64,000 nt of DNA from Halarcobacter sp. (GCA_048571215.1 CP182352.1:1696001-1760000), one strand, 5' to 3'; shown: positions 1 through 10,358, counted from the first letter of the stretch. Numbers and translations are program-made. The notes: a model not told the origin generated them from the letters alone.

Positions 1-45
1 TAACAAAATAATAAATATATCAGGAGAGCATTATCGATAAAAAAT
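1..45 (+). pseudogene. Degenerate intI-like 5' stub with upstream region; module continues beyond the window edge
   Basis: taacaaaataataaatatatcaggag...atcgataaaaaa aligns with taacaaaatgctaaatatatcaggag...atggataagaaa at about 15487-15530; ATG has become ATC. Confidence 0.5.
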
Positions 46-122
46 AAAATATATGCTTGCACTTCTTTGAGAAAAAGTAATTCAAAAGCTACAAATTTTC
101 CCCAAGAAATATTAAGAATCTG

Positions 123-740
123 TTATAATCGTTCACTAAATGCTAGCTTAAGCCCAAGTGCAGCAAAGCTCGTTGCAAAAACTTTTTGTATCAGAATACT
201 AAACCTCTTAGATTTTATAATATACTTGCTAAACAAACCTGATAAAAAGCCATATACAATAAACACAACAAAGGTCATAAGCATAAATACAAAACCTAAT
301 AAAAGCATAATACTCAATGGGTTTTCTACACTACTAGGAATAAATTGAGGAAGAAAAGCTAAAAAGAAAATTGAAAGTTTAGGGTTTAAGATATTTAGTA
401 AAAAACCTTTTATAACAAGATTAAAATAGTTATTATTTGAGTTTTGCTTTGAAATATTTAAAGGTGAAGAAGAGCGCCACATTTGCCATGCTAAATAAAG
501 AAGATAAGCCGCGCCAATATATTTGACAACTTGAAAAGCAAGGGCACTAGTGTGAAATATAGCAGCAAGACCAAAGCTACTAGCTAATAAAGCAGGAACA
601 ATACCTAAAGTACAACCAACTGCTGCAAAGAAACTAGCACGTTTTCCGACAAACAAACCAGTAGCAATAGTATATAAAACCCCTGTACCTGGAATCAAAA
701 CAACTACTAGCGAAGTAAGTAAAAACTCAAAAGATATCAT
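123..740 (-). CDS. LysE family translocator (probable start MISFEF at 740)
   Basis: IPGTGVLY and GFLLNILNPKLSIFFLAFLPQF motifs; stop overlaps TTATAAC as in gene cassettes. Confidence 0.9.
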   Translation of the reverse strand: MISFEFLLTSLVVVLIPGTGVLYTIATGLFVGKRASFFAAVGCTLGIVPALLASSFGLAAIFHTSALAFQVVKYIGAAYLLYLAWQMWRSSSPLNISKQNSNNNYFNLVIKGFLLNILNPKLSIFFLAFLPQFIPSSVENPLSIMLLLGFVFMLMTFVVFIVYGFLSGLFSKYIIKSKRFSILIQKVFATSFAALGLKLAFSERL

Positions 741-895
741 AATATGTTTCCTTTTCTTTTTTTGATACTCTTCATTTTTAGTTTTCATTGTTTCATATAA
801 ACAAATTATACAATTTAAGAGTGTATTATGAGTAAAAAATCACTTAATATTTTAAGGGATAGATTTAAATACAAGTATTTTTAGGTGAATATTAA

Positions 896-1219
896 CTAAA
901 ATAGATCAAATGCAGTATCTATAATAAGATCAAATAAAGCATTCTTGAATCTCTCTAGTCTTACCAAAGCAAGTCCAGATTGCTTTAATGCATGTAATTC
1001 TATCACATCTTTTCTTCCCAAAACAAGCCATTCAAAATCATCATGTGTCAATTCACCTTGTGCAAGGAGCTTTGTCCATCGCTTAAAATCATTTTTAGAT
1101 AACTCAAGAAACTCCTTTGCATCAGTAAGTGCCTCATCCTTGAAACCTTTGAGCATTTTTTTGGCAATCTCTTCTACACCTTCTTGAACTGCTTGTGAAA
1201 AATTATCAAAATTTGACAT
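896..1219 (-). CDS. Hypothetical protein (probable start MSNFDNF)
   Basis: ORF with GGA RBS, 10 bp downstream of the lipoprotein gene. Confidence 0.7.
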   Translation of the reverse strand: MSNFDNFSQAVQEGVEEIAKKMLKGFKDEALTDAKEFLELSKNDFKRWTKLLAQGELTHDDFEWLVLGRKDVIELHALKQSGLALVRLERFKNALFDLIIDTAFDLF

Positions 1220-1229
1220 ATCGATTTTC

Positions 1230-1676
1230 CTAATTATTATTTTCTGGTTTAATCTTACCACTTTCAAGACCAATAATCTGGTCAAAGCCAAGAGAAACAT
1301 TTCTTTTAGTTTCAATAATAAAGATTTTTGAAAGAGTCCCTTTCTCTTTCCAGCGAGCTAAGAAACCTCCCAATAAGTTACGACTAGGGTCTTTCATAAT
1401 TTCCCATTGCTTTGTGACTAATTCATTTTTAGGTCGCCCTTTGGCATATTCATAAGCTTTTTCTACTTTTACTTTCAATCTATCCACGATTATTTTATTT
1501 TTAGAGTATGGCTGTGTTGCTTTATCCATTAACTCTAAGGAATCAACTTTGATAGAAGTTGCATTTTGATAAGCAACTGTGTCATATTTATCAATCAACA
1601 ATGAACAACCACTTATTATGAAAGAAAATAAAATCATCCATATAACTGATAAATTTCTATTAACAATGTAGTTCAT
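1230..1676 (-). CDS. Hypothetical lipoprotein; first gene after an attI-like site
   Basis: Hydrophobic leader ending in ISGC lipobox. Confidence 0.75.
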   Translation of the reverse strand: MNYIVNRNLSVIWMILFSFIISGCSLLIDKYDTVAYQNATSIKVDSLELMDKATQPYSKNKIIVDRLKVKVEKAYEYAKGRPKNELVTKQWEIMKDPSRNLLGGFLARWKEKGTLSKIFIIETKRNVSLGFDQIIGLESGKIKPENNN

Positions 1677-1706
1677 TTTTTTCCTTTTTGATGAGTAGTT
1701 AGATTT

Positions 1707-1735
1707 ACTTAACTATCTATTAAATATACAATATA
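1707..1735 (-). other. attI-like integron recombination site
   Basis: Minus strand ttaatagata-GTTAAGT fits GTTRRRY and has the same context as four other copies. Confidence 0.55.
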
Positions 1736-1910
1736 TGTATTTATCATCTAAAATCCATAATAATTATATATCAGTTTCAGATTCAAAACAATTCCCAACT
1801 TTATAAAAAAGCAACTATTAATATTATATCTAAAATACTTAGAATAATATAAAATTTATAATTATTAAATAAAAATTTTAATAATTATATACTTTAGAAT
1901 TTTATAGCTT

Positions 1911-2070
1911 TTATTCAAATTCAATATTTTCATAATGTGATACACTAAAAGACTCTGCATATTTTTTCATCTCATCTGGAATAATTGCTTGATTCCAATT
2001 CTCACCTGAAAACTCTATAAGGGAAGATTCATCTTCCCATACTGTAACTATTGTATGATTAACCTCTTTA
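1911..2070 (-). pseudogene. 3' fragment of an ABM-type (dimeric alpha/beta barrel) gene
   Basis: Translates EVNHTIVTVWEDESSLIEFSGENWNQAIIPDEMKKYAESFSVSHYE with no start. Confidence 0.55.
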
Positions 2071-2189
2071 TAATATTAAATTAAAAACAATAAATTTAAA
2101 ATATTTTATATACCTGAACTACTATTCACTTAATCTATATTTAAAAATAAATAATATACAATTCTTAAATATAGTTGAAAGGATAAATC

Positions 2190-2942
2190 ATGCAAGTAAA
2201 CAGTAATCATCACACACGTATTTATGGAGAAATACAAGAGCTTCCCGAACCTACGCCATTAGATAAAGAGACAGTAAATGCAATAAGAGAAGCTCAGAAA
2301 AAGGTAGATGAAGAAAGAAAAGAGTATGTTCCTACAAGTAAACAATTAGATGAAAATCCTTGGTTAAAAAATGCAGCAACTGGGCTTAATAAAGTCTCAG
2401 ATATTATTAAAGACTATGAAAGAGGCATTGATGGTTCTGGAAAATTTACAATATCGAAATTGACAAATGACTCTTTTGATGTCGTAAATGACAAAGATGA
2501 AGTTACTGGTACCTATGGTATTTTTTCAAAGGTAGATGAAGCAACTATCCACTTACCTTGGGATGATGAGAATTATACAAGAGAAGGTACAAAAGAAACA
2601 ACAGGTATGAGTCTAAGATATACATATACTTCATACGAAGATCATTCTTTTAAAAGTGCTGATATATCATTTGATCTTAAAAACACTGATATAGAGATTG
2701 ATTTTAATAAACTTACTGATAAATTAAAAAGTGACAAAGAGTTTGAAAAAAACTTTTTATCTGCTTTGGATGATTATATGAATAATAATAACAGTAGTAA
2801 ACTCATTAATTATTTAAAACAAGCCTTAGAACTTGAAAATGCAGATTTAAGTGTAAAAGAACCTAGCACTTCATCAATATATGGTAATAAAGGAAATTTA
2901 AACTCTATAAATAATAGTTCACATTTAAGCCTTTTATCATAA
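2190..2942 (+). CDS. Hypothetical protein
   Basis: 250-aa ORF with AAGGA RBS. Confidence 0.75.
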   Translation: MQVNSNHHTRIYGEIQELPEPTPLDKETVNAIREAQKKVDEERKEYVPTSKQLDENPWLKNAATGLNKVSDIIKDYERGIDGSGKFTISKLTNDSFDVVNDKDEVTGTYGIFSKVDEATIHLPWDDENYTREGTKETTGMSLRYTYTSYEDHSFKSADISFDLKNTDIEIDFNKLTDKLKSDKEFEKNFLSALDDYMNNNNSSKLINYLKQALELENADLSVKEPSTSSIYGNKGNLNSINNSSHLSLLS

Positions 2943-2955
2943 TTGTAAACTAAAA

Positions 2956-3020
2956 ATTCTGGGGAGATGATACTTAATTAACTATTTAATCAGTTTAATA
3001 TCCTATCCTTGGAACTCTAT
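2956..3020. repeat. Degenerate GGGGACATGATAC-type palindrome
   Basis: ttctggggagatgatacttaat...ggaactctat resembles 6723-6778. Confidence 0.5.
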
Positions 3021-3047
3021 GTGATAGTATTGTCGTTATTATCTGCC

Positions 3048-3662
3048 CTATTTGTCTACTTTATTAAACTGTATTTCTAAGTTTGAAGCTTGAGTAAAAC
3101 CAAATGTAAGAGGATAAGCTTGATTTTTATCATTGATATAAAAAAGTGCTGGAAAACCTCTTACTTGTAATTGATAAGTGATATTTAAATGCTCTTGAAA
3201 TTTTTTTTCAGTCTCGTAAGAATTAAATACTTTCAAAAACTCTACTTCATCTAATCCAATTGAAATAGCACACTCAACTAAAGTTTCTTTCAAAGAAGGA
3301 TTCTTCGCTTTTTTGTAATAAGCTGATTGAATAGCCTTTGCCATTTCATATGAGCTTTTATCTTTTAAAGTTTGGGCTGAAATTACAGCACGACAAGCAG
3401 GATATGTTGAACGATAAGGAGTATTTAATTTCCAATATTCATGATTAAAAGTTACTTGTGTCTTTTTTTCTATTTCTACCCAATAAGAAGATATACTCTT
3501 TTTCATATCCTCACTCATTGGCTCATAAGTATCAGGAGCTAAACCACCCATTATATAATCAACATCAAGGGAAGGATGTTTTTGTAAAAAATCTTCTAAC
3601 TCTGGTTGAAAAGCATAACACCAAGCACACATTGGATCCATAATATATAATAATTTCATCAT
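3048..3662 (-). CDS. DsbA family thioredoxin-fold protein
   Basis: DPMCAWCY CxxC motif and GFP cis-Pro motif. Confidence 0.9.
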   Translation of the reverse strand: MMKLLYIMDPMCAWCYAFQPELEDFLQKHPSLDVDYIMGGLAPDTYEPMSEDMKKSISSYWVEIEKKTQVTFNHEYWKLNTPYRSTYPACRAVISAQTLKDKSSYEMAKAIQSAYYKKAKNPSLKETLVECAISIGLDEVEFLKVFNSYETEKKFQEHLNITYQLQVRGFPALFYINDKNQAYPLTFGFTQASNLEIQFNKVDK

Positions 3663-3912
3663 ATCCTCATTTTATATACTAATTTTAGTAATTGTAACCA
3701 CTTTATTCTTATCTTTTGTTATCCTTATCACCTACCCTATTTTTAAGCCCTATTTTGTATTTACTTCCTAAAAGCAAATAGATCTAAGCTTTTTTTCCTT
3801 TATACTTGTTCTATTGCACCTTGCACTTGCTTTTCATCTTGTTTTTCTTATCCAAAAGAATAAGAAAAGATAAAAACTTATAAGATTATAAAAATTTGCA
3901 TATGTTTCATGA

Positions 3913-4299
3913 TTATATTACATCTAAGATTTTTTCAAGAAAATAGTGTAAGAAAGCTAAAATAACTAATATTAACAGCATAGAAATTCCACGTTTTAGG
4001 AACATATACTTGGATGAGTTACATTTTTTTTTCAGATAAAAGAGATCAAAAAGTATAAATAGTATAGCTAAAATGGCTCCTATTATACCTCCCACAAAAA
4101 ACACTCCAAAAAAATGCATTTTAGAATAAACAAAAGACAAGATACTTGTTTCTTCAGGCGTTGGACCTGCGATCAAGTATGAAAGCAAATACATATAGCC
4201 AATACCTAGAATCAAGGCAATGACTGTCCAAAGAGCATACTCCAAAATGAGTTTTCCCATTTTATTTGATTGAACAACATTTTTTTCATTCATTTTCAT
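3913..4299 (-). CDS. Hypothetical membrane protein
   Basis: Three hydrophobic segments; overlaps upstream ORF. Confidence 0.7.
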   Translation of the reverse strand: MKMNEKNVVQSNKMGKLILEYALWTVIALILGIGYMYLLSYLIAGPTPEETSILSFVYSKMHFFGVFFVGGIIGAILAILFILFDLFYLKKKCNSSKYMFLKRGISMLLILVILAFLHYFLEKILDVI

Positions 4300-5401
4300 T
4301 GGGTATTCCTTTCATTTTAAACTCATTTGCAAACAAATCATAGATAATATGCATTTTGTGATTATTAAAGCTATGCGTAAACTTTTTGTCAAATTGTGGA
4401 TGTGGTCCATCAAAAAGAAAAAACAAAACTGACTTTGCTTCTTTAAACTCCAAGGTATTGATTAGATTATATCGTTGTTTTTTCTTGATATACTTTATAG
4501 ATTTATCTTGAAAATAATTGACAGCATCAGCTTGCCATTTGCCATTTTTTGCAATATTAATGAGTTTTTTTTCATAGTTCTTATACTTTTCATTTGAAAT
4601 CAACTCAAAAAAATAAGCAATATATGCATTACTTTCGTTGTAGAGTTTACTGGGGGAATCGCTGTACTCATTCCATCCAAAATAACTTATAAATTCTTGA
4701 AAACTATCAGGAAAGAGATTTAAAAAAAGTACCTCATTTTTTGTGGAGAACGCCAGCTTTATTTGAGATATGGAAATACTGTTATCTAGCGGTTCTTCAA
4801 CATCAGAAATTGTATCATTGTTATTGAACTTGCGATTGGGTTTATTAATCAAATTTCCCTCATTGAAGAAACTAAACTTTCCACATTTCAAAGTAACATT
4901 GGCTTTACAGTTAGAATAATTAAATTCTGCCAACTTATACTTACTATACATACCTAATTCTTCAGTGACCAAGCCACCTAGATCTTCTTCATTTTCTAAA
5001 AAATATGCTGTACCTTCATCTTGAAAAACACTAAAAGGAAAAGCCTTATAGTACTTATAAAATAAAATCGAATCTTCTTTTTGATAAGCTAGTTTCTTGC
5101 CTGTTGAAAACCCTTTCTTCATGTGTTCTGTTACTTTTTTCCTAATTGCTTGATGAAGAATACTCTGATCTTTTTCAGGATACTTTATTAAATAAAGGTT
5201 AGGATAGACCTCTGATTGTATAAACATCATATTCTTAAAAAAGAAGTGGTTAATAATCTGTACAACAATACCAATAACAAGCAAAGCCAAAGCCACACGT
5301 GACCTTACTTTATTTTGTAAAATCCACTTTATTAATCTAATAGCAAAAAATAGTAAGCCAATACTCAATAGTAGAAAAAATATGATGAGGATTATTTCCA
5401 T
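4286..5401 (-). CDS. Hypothetical membrane-anchored protein
   Basis: 371-aa ORF with two N-terminal TM segments. Confidence 0.7.
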   Translation of the reverse strand: MEIILIIFFLLLSIGLLFFAIRLIKWILQNKVRSRVALALLVIGIVVQIINHFFFKNMMFIQSEVYPNLYLIKYPEKDQSILHQAIRKKVTEHMKKGFSTGKKLAYQKEDSILFYKYYKAFPFSVFQDEGTAYFLENEEDLGGLVTEELGMYSKYKLAEFNYSNCKANVTLKCGKFSFFNEGNLINKPNRKFNNNDTISDVEEPLDNSISISQIKLAFSTKNEVLFLNLFPDSFQEFISYFGWNEYSDSPSKLYNESNAYIAYFFELISNEKYKNYEKKLINIAKNGKWQADAVNYFQDKSIKYIKKKQRYNLINTLEFKEAKSVLFFLFDGPHPQFDKKFTHSFNNHKMHIIYDLFANEFKMKGIPNENE

Positions 5402-5435
5402 GAAGTTATATCCTTAGGGCACAGCAATCAATAAG

Positions 5436-5819
5436 CTAATACCACTTAGTCAAATACTTAATACGAGCATTTGTCATTTCAATTTCGCACTCAAGTCTGG
5501 CTTCATTGCGTTGCATACCTCCACTTTGAAGTACATAAAATGCATCACAATTTTTTTTCTTGAATTCAAGCCAGCTACGTTGACTAATAATCAAGCTTTG
5601 TTTCAATTCATTAGCATCAACTAAAGCTGCATCGGGTAGTTCTCCCGTGTTTATGCTACTCATAATAGCTTTATAAACACGATTCAATTCAGCATCAGAT
5701 GACTCTAGTTCAAGCTGTAGCTCACATAAAGAAGCAGGCAAACCACAACGCTCATCAATATCTTGTGCAAACAATTGGAAAGTCGTACAATAAAAAAATA
5801 GAACCATGAACCTAATCAT
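5436..5819 (-). CDS. Lysozyme inhibitor LprI (DUF1311) family protein
   Basis: Signal peptide; DAELNRVYK, SQRSWLEFKKKNC and C..EMTNARIKYL motifs. Confidence 0.85.
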   Translation of the reverse strand: MIRFMVLFFYCTTFQLFAQDIDERCGLPASLCELQLELESSDAELNRVYKAIMSSINTGELPDAALVDANELKQSLIISQRSWLEFKKKNCDAFYVLQSGGMQRNEARLECEIEMTNARIKYLTKWY

Positions 5820-5841
5820 TTAACTTTCCTTTTCTTAAAAT

Positions 5842-5975
5842 ATATAGTATTTGAGTTGAAAAACAAGGAGATATTTTTACTTAGTTCTTCAAAAGGTTTA
5901 ATTAAATTACTTTACAAGATAAAAGCTTAATAAATGCATTATTACCTTATTTTTCTTTCCAAGGTCTTATTACAC
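5842..5975 (-). other. Degenerate long attC site
   Basis: Arms ttggaaagaaaaataagg / ccttgtttttcaactc match the attC at 16875-17009, but both core boxes are mutated. Confidence 0.55.
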
Positions 5976-6051
5976 GATTTTATTTGATTTTTAATCTACA
6001 AAGATATAACAGAAGTTTTAGAATTGTCTATCACTTTTAAAGCTCTCTTTA

Positions 6052-6642
6052 TTAATTTTTAATCTCTTTAAGTTCTTTAAGTTTTTCAATAATTTTTAAT
6101 TCTTCTGAATTTTTTGGTGTTGTATTATCTTTTTTAGTGAAAAGATAACTTTTTAGTATATCATTTAAGATATCTTCTGTCTGATTAAATTTAGATAAAA
6201 AAGCAAATTGTTCTTTTTGATAATTCTTATCACTAGCCATTTGCTCAATATTTCCATTCAAAATTGTTTGACCTATCATAACTGTTTTAATTGAAGAGAT
6301 CATCTCTTTAACTTCATTATACATTTTCGATATTTTTTCGATATTATCTTTAGAAATACCTTTTTCTCTTATTTCATCTTGTATTCTAGTTAATAAATCT
6401 TCTAATCTTTTAACTTCTTCTTCTGAAATACCTTTTCTTAAAAATGACAAAACAGTAGCAGAAAATTGTTTAAATAAATCATTTACTGATTGCTCAGGTT
6501 CTTCTTTTTGCGTATGTTTAGTATTTTCTTGTTTCTCTTTTAACATATTAGAAAAATTAATATCACTATCTTTTTTTTCTTTTTTTTTGTTATTTTCTAA
6601 CATGCTTGAATTTGTTTGTTGAAGTCCATTTATCATATTCAT
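6052..6642 (-). CDS. Hypothetical protein
   Basis: 196-aa charged ORF with RBS. Confidence 0.7.
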   Translation of the reverse strand: MNMINGLQQTNSSMLENNKKKEKKDSDINFSNMLKEKQENTKHTQKEEPEQSVNDLFKQFSATVLSFLRKGISEEEVKRLEDLLTRIQDEIREKGISKDNIEKISKMYNEVKEMISSIKTVMIGQTILNGNIEQMASDKNYQKEQFAFLSKFNQTEDILNDILKSYLFTKKDNTTPKNSEELKIIEKLKELKEIKN

Positions 6643-6722
6643 AGAAATCCTTCATAAAAAGATTTAAAATTGTAGCATTTCTTTAATAAAATAAGAAAAT
6701 AGAGTATTTACTAGACTTTTAA

Positions 6723-6778
6723 TAGAACTCCACGAACATGATACTAAATTGATTAGGTATCATGTCCCCCAGAACTCT
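6723..6778. repeat. REP-like palindrome (GGGGACATGATAC type)
   Basis: acatgatactaa-attga-ttaggtatcatgtcccc inverted repeat. Confidence 0.6.
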
Positions 6779-6779
6779 A

Positions 6780-6806
6780 GATTCATAGTCTGATGCTTTG
6801 TTATAC
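6780..6806 (-). other. Half attC (R'' GTATAAC) truncated by the palindrome
   Basis: gtataacaaagcatc begins 6 bp after the PhzF stop. Confidence 0.45.
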
Positions 6807-6812
6807 ATTCTA

Positions 6813-7604
6813 TCAAATATATATTTTACCTTGCATGTATAATACTGCAAAACCTGAAATAAAAACTCGTTCATTTTTAATTTCACAATATAAAACACCA
6901 CCTCTACTTGAAGCTTGATATGCAATCAAATTTGTTTTTGATAATTTTTTAGCCCAATAAGGAGCTAATCCTGAGTGAATTGAACCAGTTACAGGGTCTT
7001 CATCACCTCCATTTGCAGGCCAAAAATATCTAGATATAAAATCAAATTCTTTAGAAGAAGCAGTAACCACAACATCAAAAGGAGCTAATTGTTTTAACTT
7101 TATTGAATCATATTCGATATTTTTCACATCATCTTCATTATCCATGATAGCAAAATATGCTTGTCTATTTTGTAATACTTTTATTGGTTTGATTGATAAA
7201 CCATCAAGTAAATCTTGTGGAGTATCTTCAATTTCTTGTGGCTCTTGATTAGGGAAACTCATTTGTATTTTTCCATCATCATTTTGATAAACATATAGCG
7301 AACCAACTTTTAATGTTGAAAACTCTATTTCATCTTTACATTTAAAATGATTAAAAATTATAAAAGAAGATGCTAATGTGGCATGTCCACAAAAATCTAT
7401 TTCGGATATTGGAGAAAACCATCTTATCTCATATTTATTTGGAGCAATCTCTTTTATAAACGCAGTTTCAGATAAATTATTTTCCATTGCAATCTTTTGC
7501 ATTAACTCTGGTTCTAACCACTCTTTTAGTGGTACTATCGCAGCTTGGTTACCTTGAAATTGTTTTTGCGTAAATGCATCAACAATATATATGTCTAGTG
7601 TCAT
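6813..7604 (-). CDS. PhzF family phenazine biosynthesis-like isomerase
   Basis: VDAF..GNQA, NLSETAF, FCGHATLA and EDPVTGS motifs. Confidence 0.93.
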   Translation of the reverse strand: MTLDIYIVDAFTQKQFQGNQAAIVPLKEWLEPELMQKIAMENNLSETAFIKEIAPNKYEIRWFSPISEIDFCGHATLASSFIIFNHFKCKDEIEFSTLKVGSLYVYQNDDGKIQMSFPNQEPQEIEDTPQDLLDGLSIKPIKVLQNRQAYFAIMDNEDDVKNIEYDSIKLKQLAPFDVVVTASSKEFDFISRYFWPANGGDEDPVTGSIHSGLAPYWAKKLSKTNLIAYQASSRGGVLYCEIKNERVFISGFAVLYMQGKIYI

Positions 7605-7608
7605 TCTT

Positions 7609-7780
7609 TTATTCCTTTAATTTTAAAAAATCGTCATCAATTATCATAAGTTTTACTCCATTTTTTATAACATAGCGATGAAAACTTAAACCATCCGATA
7701 CAACATATTCACCTTTATGTTCAGTTTTTTCAATTTTTGACCAATCTATAGTTTGAAATGGTATATTTTTATTATTAATT
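7609..7780 (-). pseudogene. Internally deleted DHCW-motif cupin gene
   Basis: NIPFQTIDWSKIEKTEHKGE joined directly to YVVSDGLSFHR..NGVKLMIIDDDFLK; central part and start codon missing. Confidence 0.65.
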
Positions 7781-7805
7781 TTTAATTATCTTTAACTTTT
7801 ATTTT

Positions 7806-7937
7806 ACATAATGGTGAAATTGAAAAATGAGGGTATTTTACATTTGATAGTTCAATTCACATTTTTGTTAGTTTACAAGATAAAGCTTTAAATTATCGCA
7901 AATAACCCTTGTTTTTCTTTCCAATAATTTGTTATGC
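7806..7937 (-). other. Long attC site (R' degenerate)
   Basis: GCATAAC overlaps the stop; ttggaaagaaaaacaaggg...ccctcatttttcaatttcac then ATTATGT. Confidence 0.7.
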
Positions 7938-8384
7938 CCTACCACAAAATCCAGTATTTAGTATAAAAGGACTAATAATAAAACAATATATTAAAAAACC
8001 TATAATTAATACCATTAAAACCAATGCAAAAATAGCTCCGATTCTTGTCATTTTATCACTGCAATATGCTTCATCAGCTATACTTAATGGTGACAAGTAT
8101 TCTAACCCATACTCCAAAACTATATATGTTATTATTGTACCTACAATTGCCACTAAAAAAGAACTTGTAATATAGTTTAAAAAAAAACCAATAAGTAATA
8201 TCCATACAAGCTCTATGAATAATAAACCAGATAAAATAAATAAAATAAAATTCTTATTTTTTTTAATTTTTTCATTACAATTTGGGCATTGAAAACATTT
8301 GATAAAAGTTCCAGATGGAGATTTATTAAAAATAATCCATTTAAGGGGTATTGATTCTTTTCCACAATTAGGGCACAATTTCAT
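7932..8384 (-). CDS. Zn-ribbon membrane protein (gene cassette)
   Basis: Two CPNC motifs and TM segments; stop within R''. Confidence 0.75.
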   Translation of the reverse strand: MKLCPNCGKESIPLKWIIFNKSPSGTFIKCFQCPNCNEKIKKNKNFILFILSGLLFIELVWILLIGFFLNYITSSFLVAIVGTIITYIVLEYGLEYLSPLSIADEAYCSDKMTRIGAIFALVLMVLIIGFLIYCFIISPFILNTGFCGRA

Positions 8385-8554
8385 AATTTACCTCATACTA
8401 TTACGATTGACTTCAGTGACTCGATGTATTCACTGCTAGGAGACTGTGAAAGAAGTCAATTTTAATATATATAATATTCTACATAAAAACACCTAAAAAT
8501 AATCATTCTAAAAATACTAAAATATTATAATATATTATATTTTAAAGGTGATTT

Positions 8555-8581
8555 ATGGGTAAAAAACTACTTGATAAATGA
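8555..8581 (+). pseudogene. intI-like 5' stub MGKKLLDK*
   Basis: AAGGTG RBS; KKLLD motif shared with other stubs; repeat follows. Confidence 0.55.
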
Positions 8582-8590
8582 TTGACATCA

Positions 8591-8690
8591 GAAACAATAA
8601 ATAAACACTCGGCTTCTCAAATGTGGGAAAGTGGGAAATTGACCTTTGCATTTTTTGATACCATTTTATTTGAATTGGTGTAATACTCAA
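8591..8690 (+). repeat. Structured repeat copy 1 (partial)
   Basis: aataaacactcggcttctcaaatgtgggaaagtggg...ggtgtaatactcaa. Confidence 0.85.
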
Positions 8691-8724
8691 TTTATACAAA
8701 GAAAGTTTGCAGCTAGTGTATTTA

Positions 8725-8887
8725 GTCCAGACTTTGTTGAAGCCGAAAGTTTTCTAATTATTTTCGGAGAAGACCGAGGACCGTTCAACTGGATAAAAGG
8801 TACTGAATGTACCTTTTAGGAAGGCGTTCCGCAGGTCAGGAAATAATTATAAAACTGTAGGGAACTTTAGCTTCAACAACCGTCTGG
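8725..8887. repeat. Large nested hairpin element
   Basis: ccagactttgttgaagc...gcttcaacaaccgtctgg with inner aaaaggtac-tgaat-gtacctttt. Confidence 0.7.
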
Positions 8888-9058
8888 TTGCTTTTTGTCT
8901 TACTTTTTACAACTAAAAAGTGAGAAAGCGAAGAACTTGTTCTTTAAGACAATTGCATACAATAAAAACTATTATCAAAATATTTGAGTATAAATAAACT
9001 TTTACTATACGTCTTAATTTCTATCGACTTTCTTTTGTGAAAAAGAAAGTAGCAAAGA
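8880..9058 (+). repeat. Left arm of structured repeat copy 2 (interrupted by IS110)
   Basis: Aligns with 25320-25520 and in part with 18706-18800. Confidence 0.8.
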
Positions 9059-9107
9059 AGTTGCCACCTTAAAAAATGATAAAATATAAAATATTTAAAT
9101 CTAATAT

Positions 9108-10091
9108 TTATGATATACTTTTAAATTTATTAGGGTCATATATATTATTATTTTTATATAATGAGTGAGCAATTACAATCATTTTTCGCATTACAGCAAT
9201 TTGTGCTACAGTAGTATGTTTGCCATTCTCTTTTAATCTATTATAAAATATTTTTAATTCTTCATTGTATTGTATCGCTGTCATTACTGCCATAAATAAT
9301 GTACCCCTACATAATTTTGAACCAGATTTTGATATTTTTGTTTTTCCTTTTATTGATGAACCAGAATCTCTACTAACTGGATCTAATCCAGCTAATGAAA
9401 CAATTTGCTTTTGATTTGTATCAGGATATTGTATAAAATGGTGTAATAATATAATTGAAGATAATTCTCCTATGCCTTTTATAGTTTGGATATTTAAAAA
9501 TGCATTATGTAAATTTTTGTCTTTTGCAATAACTTTTTTTATCTCAATAAGAATATCTTTTTCTTTTTTTTCAAATGATTTTATATCTTTTCTTAATGAT
9601 TTAATTATAATAGATGAAGCATCTTTTGAAACTAAAGCTTCCAAATGATTTTTATTTTGAGTTTTAATTTTTGATATAAATTTATAATATGTAATAAGCT
9701 CTTTTAATTCCTCGGCATAAGGATTAATAATGGGTATTTTAATCTGATTTTTTCTTGCAGTAACTATCATCTGAGATAACATTCTAGCATCTAAAAGGTC
9801 AGTTTTATTTCTTTGACCAATTGCTTTAGCAAAGTTAGCACTTTTCTTTGGATTAACAATAAAACAGTGTATACTTTTTTCAGAACAAAACTTTTTAATT
9901 AAAAAGGAATAATTAGCTGTAGGTTCAAAAACAAATACAAGTTTATCTATATCTTTTTTATAAAGTTTTTTTAACTTAGAATAAAAACCTTTAAGTGATT
10001 TCAAATTATTTGATATTTGAATATCTAAATCATTGATAGGGATATAAATATTAATTGTTGACTTACTTATATCTAATCCGATAGAATACAT
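9108..10091 (-). CDS. IS110 family DEDD transposase/recombinase
   Basis: GLDISK, FEPT, KTDLLDA, IKGIG, AGLDP..RDSGSS and AVMRKM motifs. Confidence 0.95.
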   Translation of the reverse strand: MYSIGLDISKSTINIYIPINDLDIQISNNLKSLKGFYSKLKKLYKKDIDKLVFVFEPTANYSFLIKKFCSEKSIHCFIVNPKKSANFAKAIGQRNKTDLLDARMLSQMIVTARKNQIKIPIINPYAEELKELITYYKFISKIKTQNKNHLEALVSKDASSIIIKSLRKDIKSFEKKEKDILIEIKKVIAKDKNLHNAFLNIQTIKGIGELSSIILLHHFIQYPDTNQKQIVSLAGLDPVSRDSGSSIKGKTKISKSGSKLCRGTLFMAVMTAIQYNEELKIFYNRLKENGKHTTVAQIAVMRKMIVIAHSLYKNNNIYDPNKFKSIS

Positions 10092-10109
10092 ATCTAGAAC
10101 CTTTGTATT

Positions 10110-10345
10110 AATATAAAGAGTTCGTTAGGGTAGGAATAAAATTCCTACCTGATATTTCGTCATACAAACTTTAGACTCGTAAATACGAACTAGTTATAAA
10201 ACTGTTCTTGTTGCCACTCAAATTTGAAGTATAACTATTGAACTTCTTTACAAGCTAATTAAAATTATTTTTAATTGCTTCAACCACCCACACAATATAT
10301 CATCTTCTATTGAACTCTATGAAAATATACTATCATATTTCCAAT
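10110..10345 (-). ncRNA. Putative IS110 bridge RNA
   Basis: Two stem-flanked internal loops whose strands match the target and donor junctions; TATAAT at the element end (10351-10356); boundaries approximate. Confidence 0.7.
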
Positions 10346-10358
10346 ATTTTATTATACG

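Larger units (their letters stand above)
9060..10358 (-). mobile_element. IS110 family insertion sequence, inserted in the repeat
   Basis: Removing it rejoins ...gtagcaaagaa|ccatcccacagg, similar to other repeat copies; TTC at both junctions on the minus strand; no terminal inverted repeats. Confidence 0.85.

Noticed and set aside
2975..2990. taactattt as another attI
   Set aside because: Lies inside the GGGGACATGATAC-type palindrome, with no minus-strand cassette start next to it.
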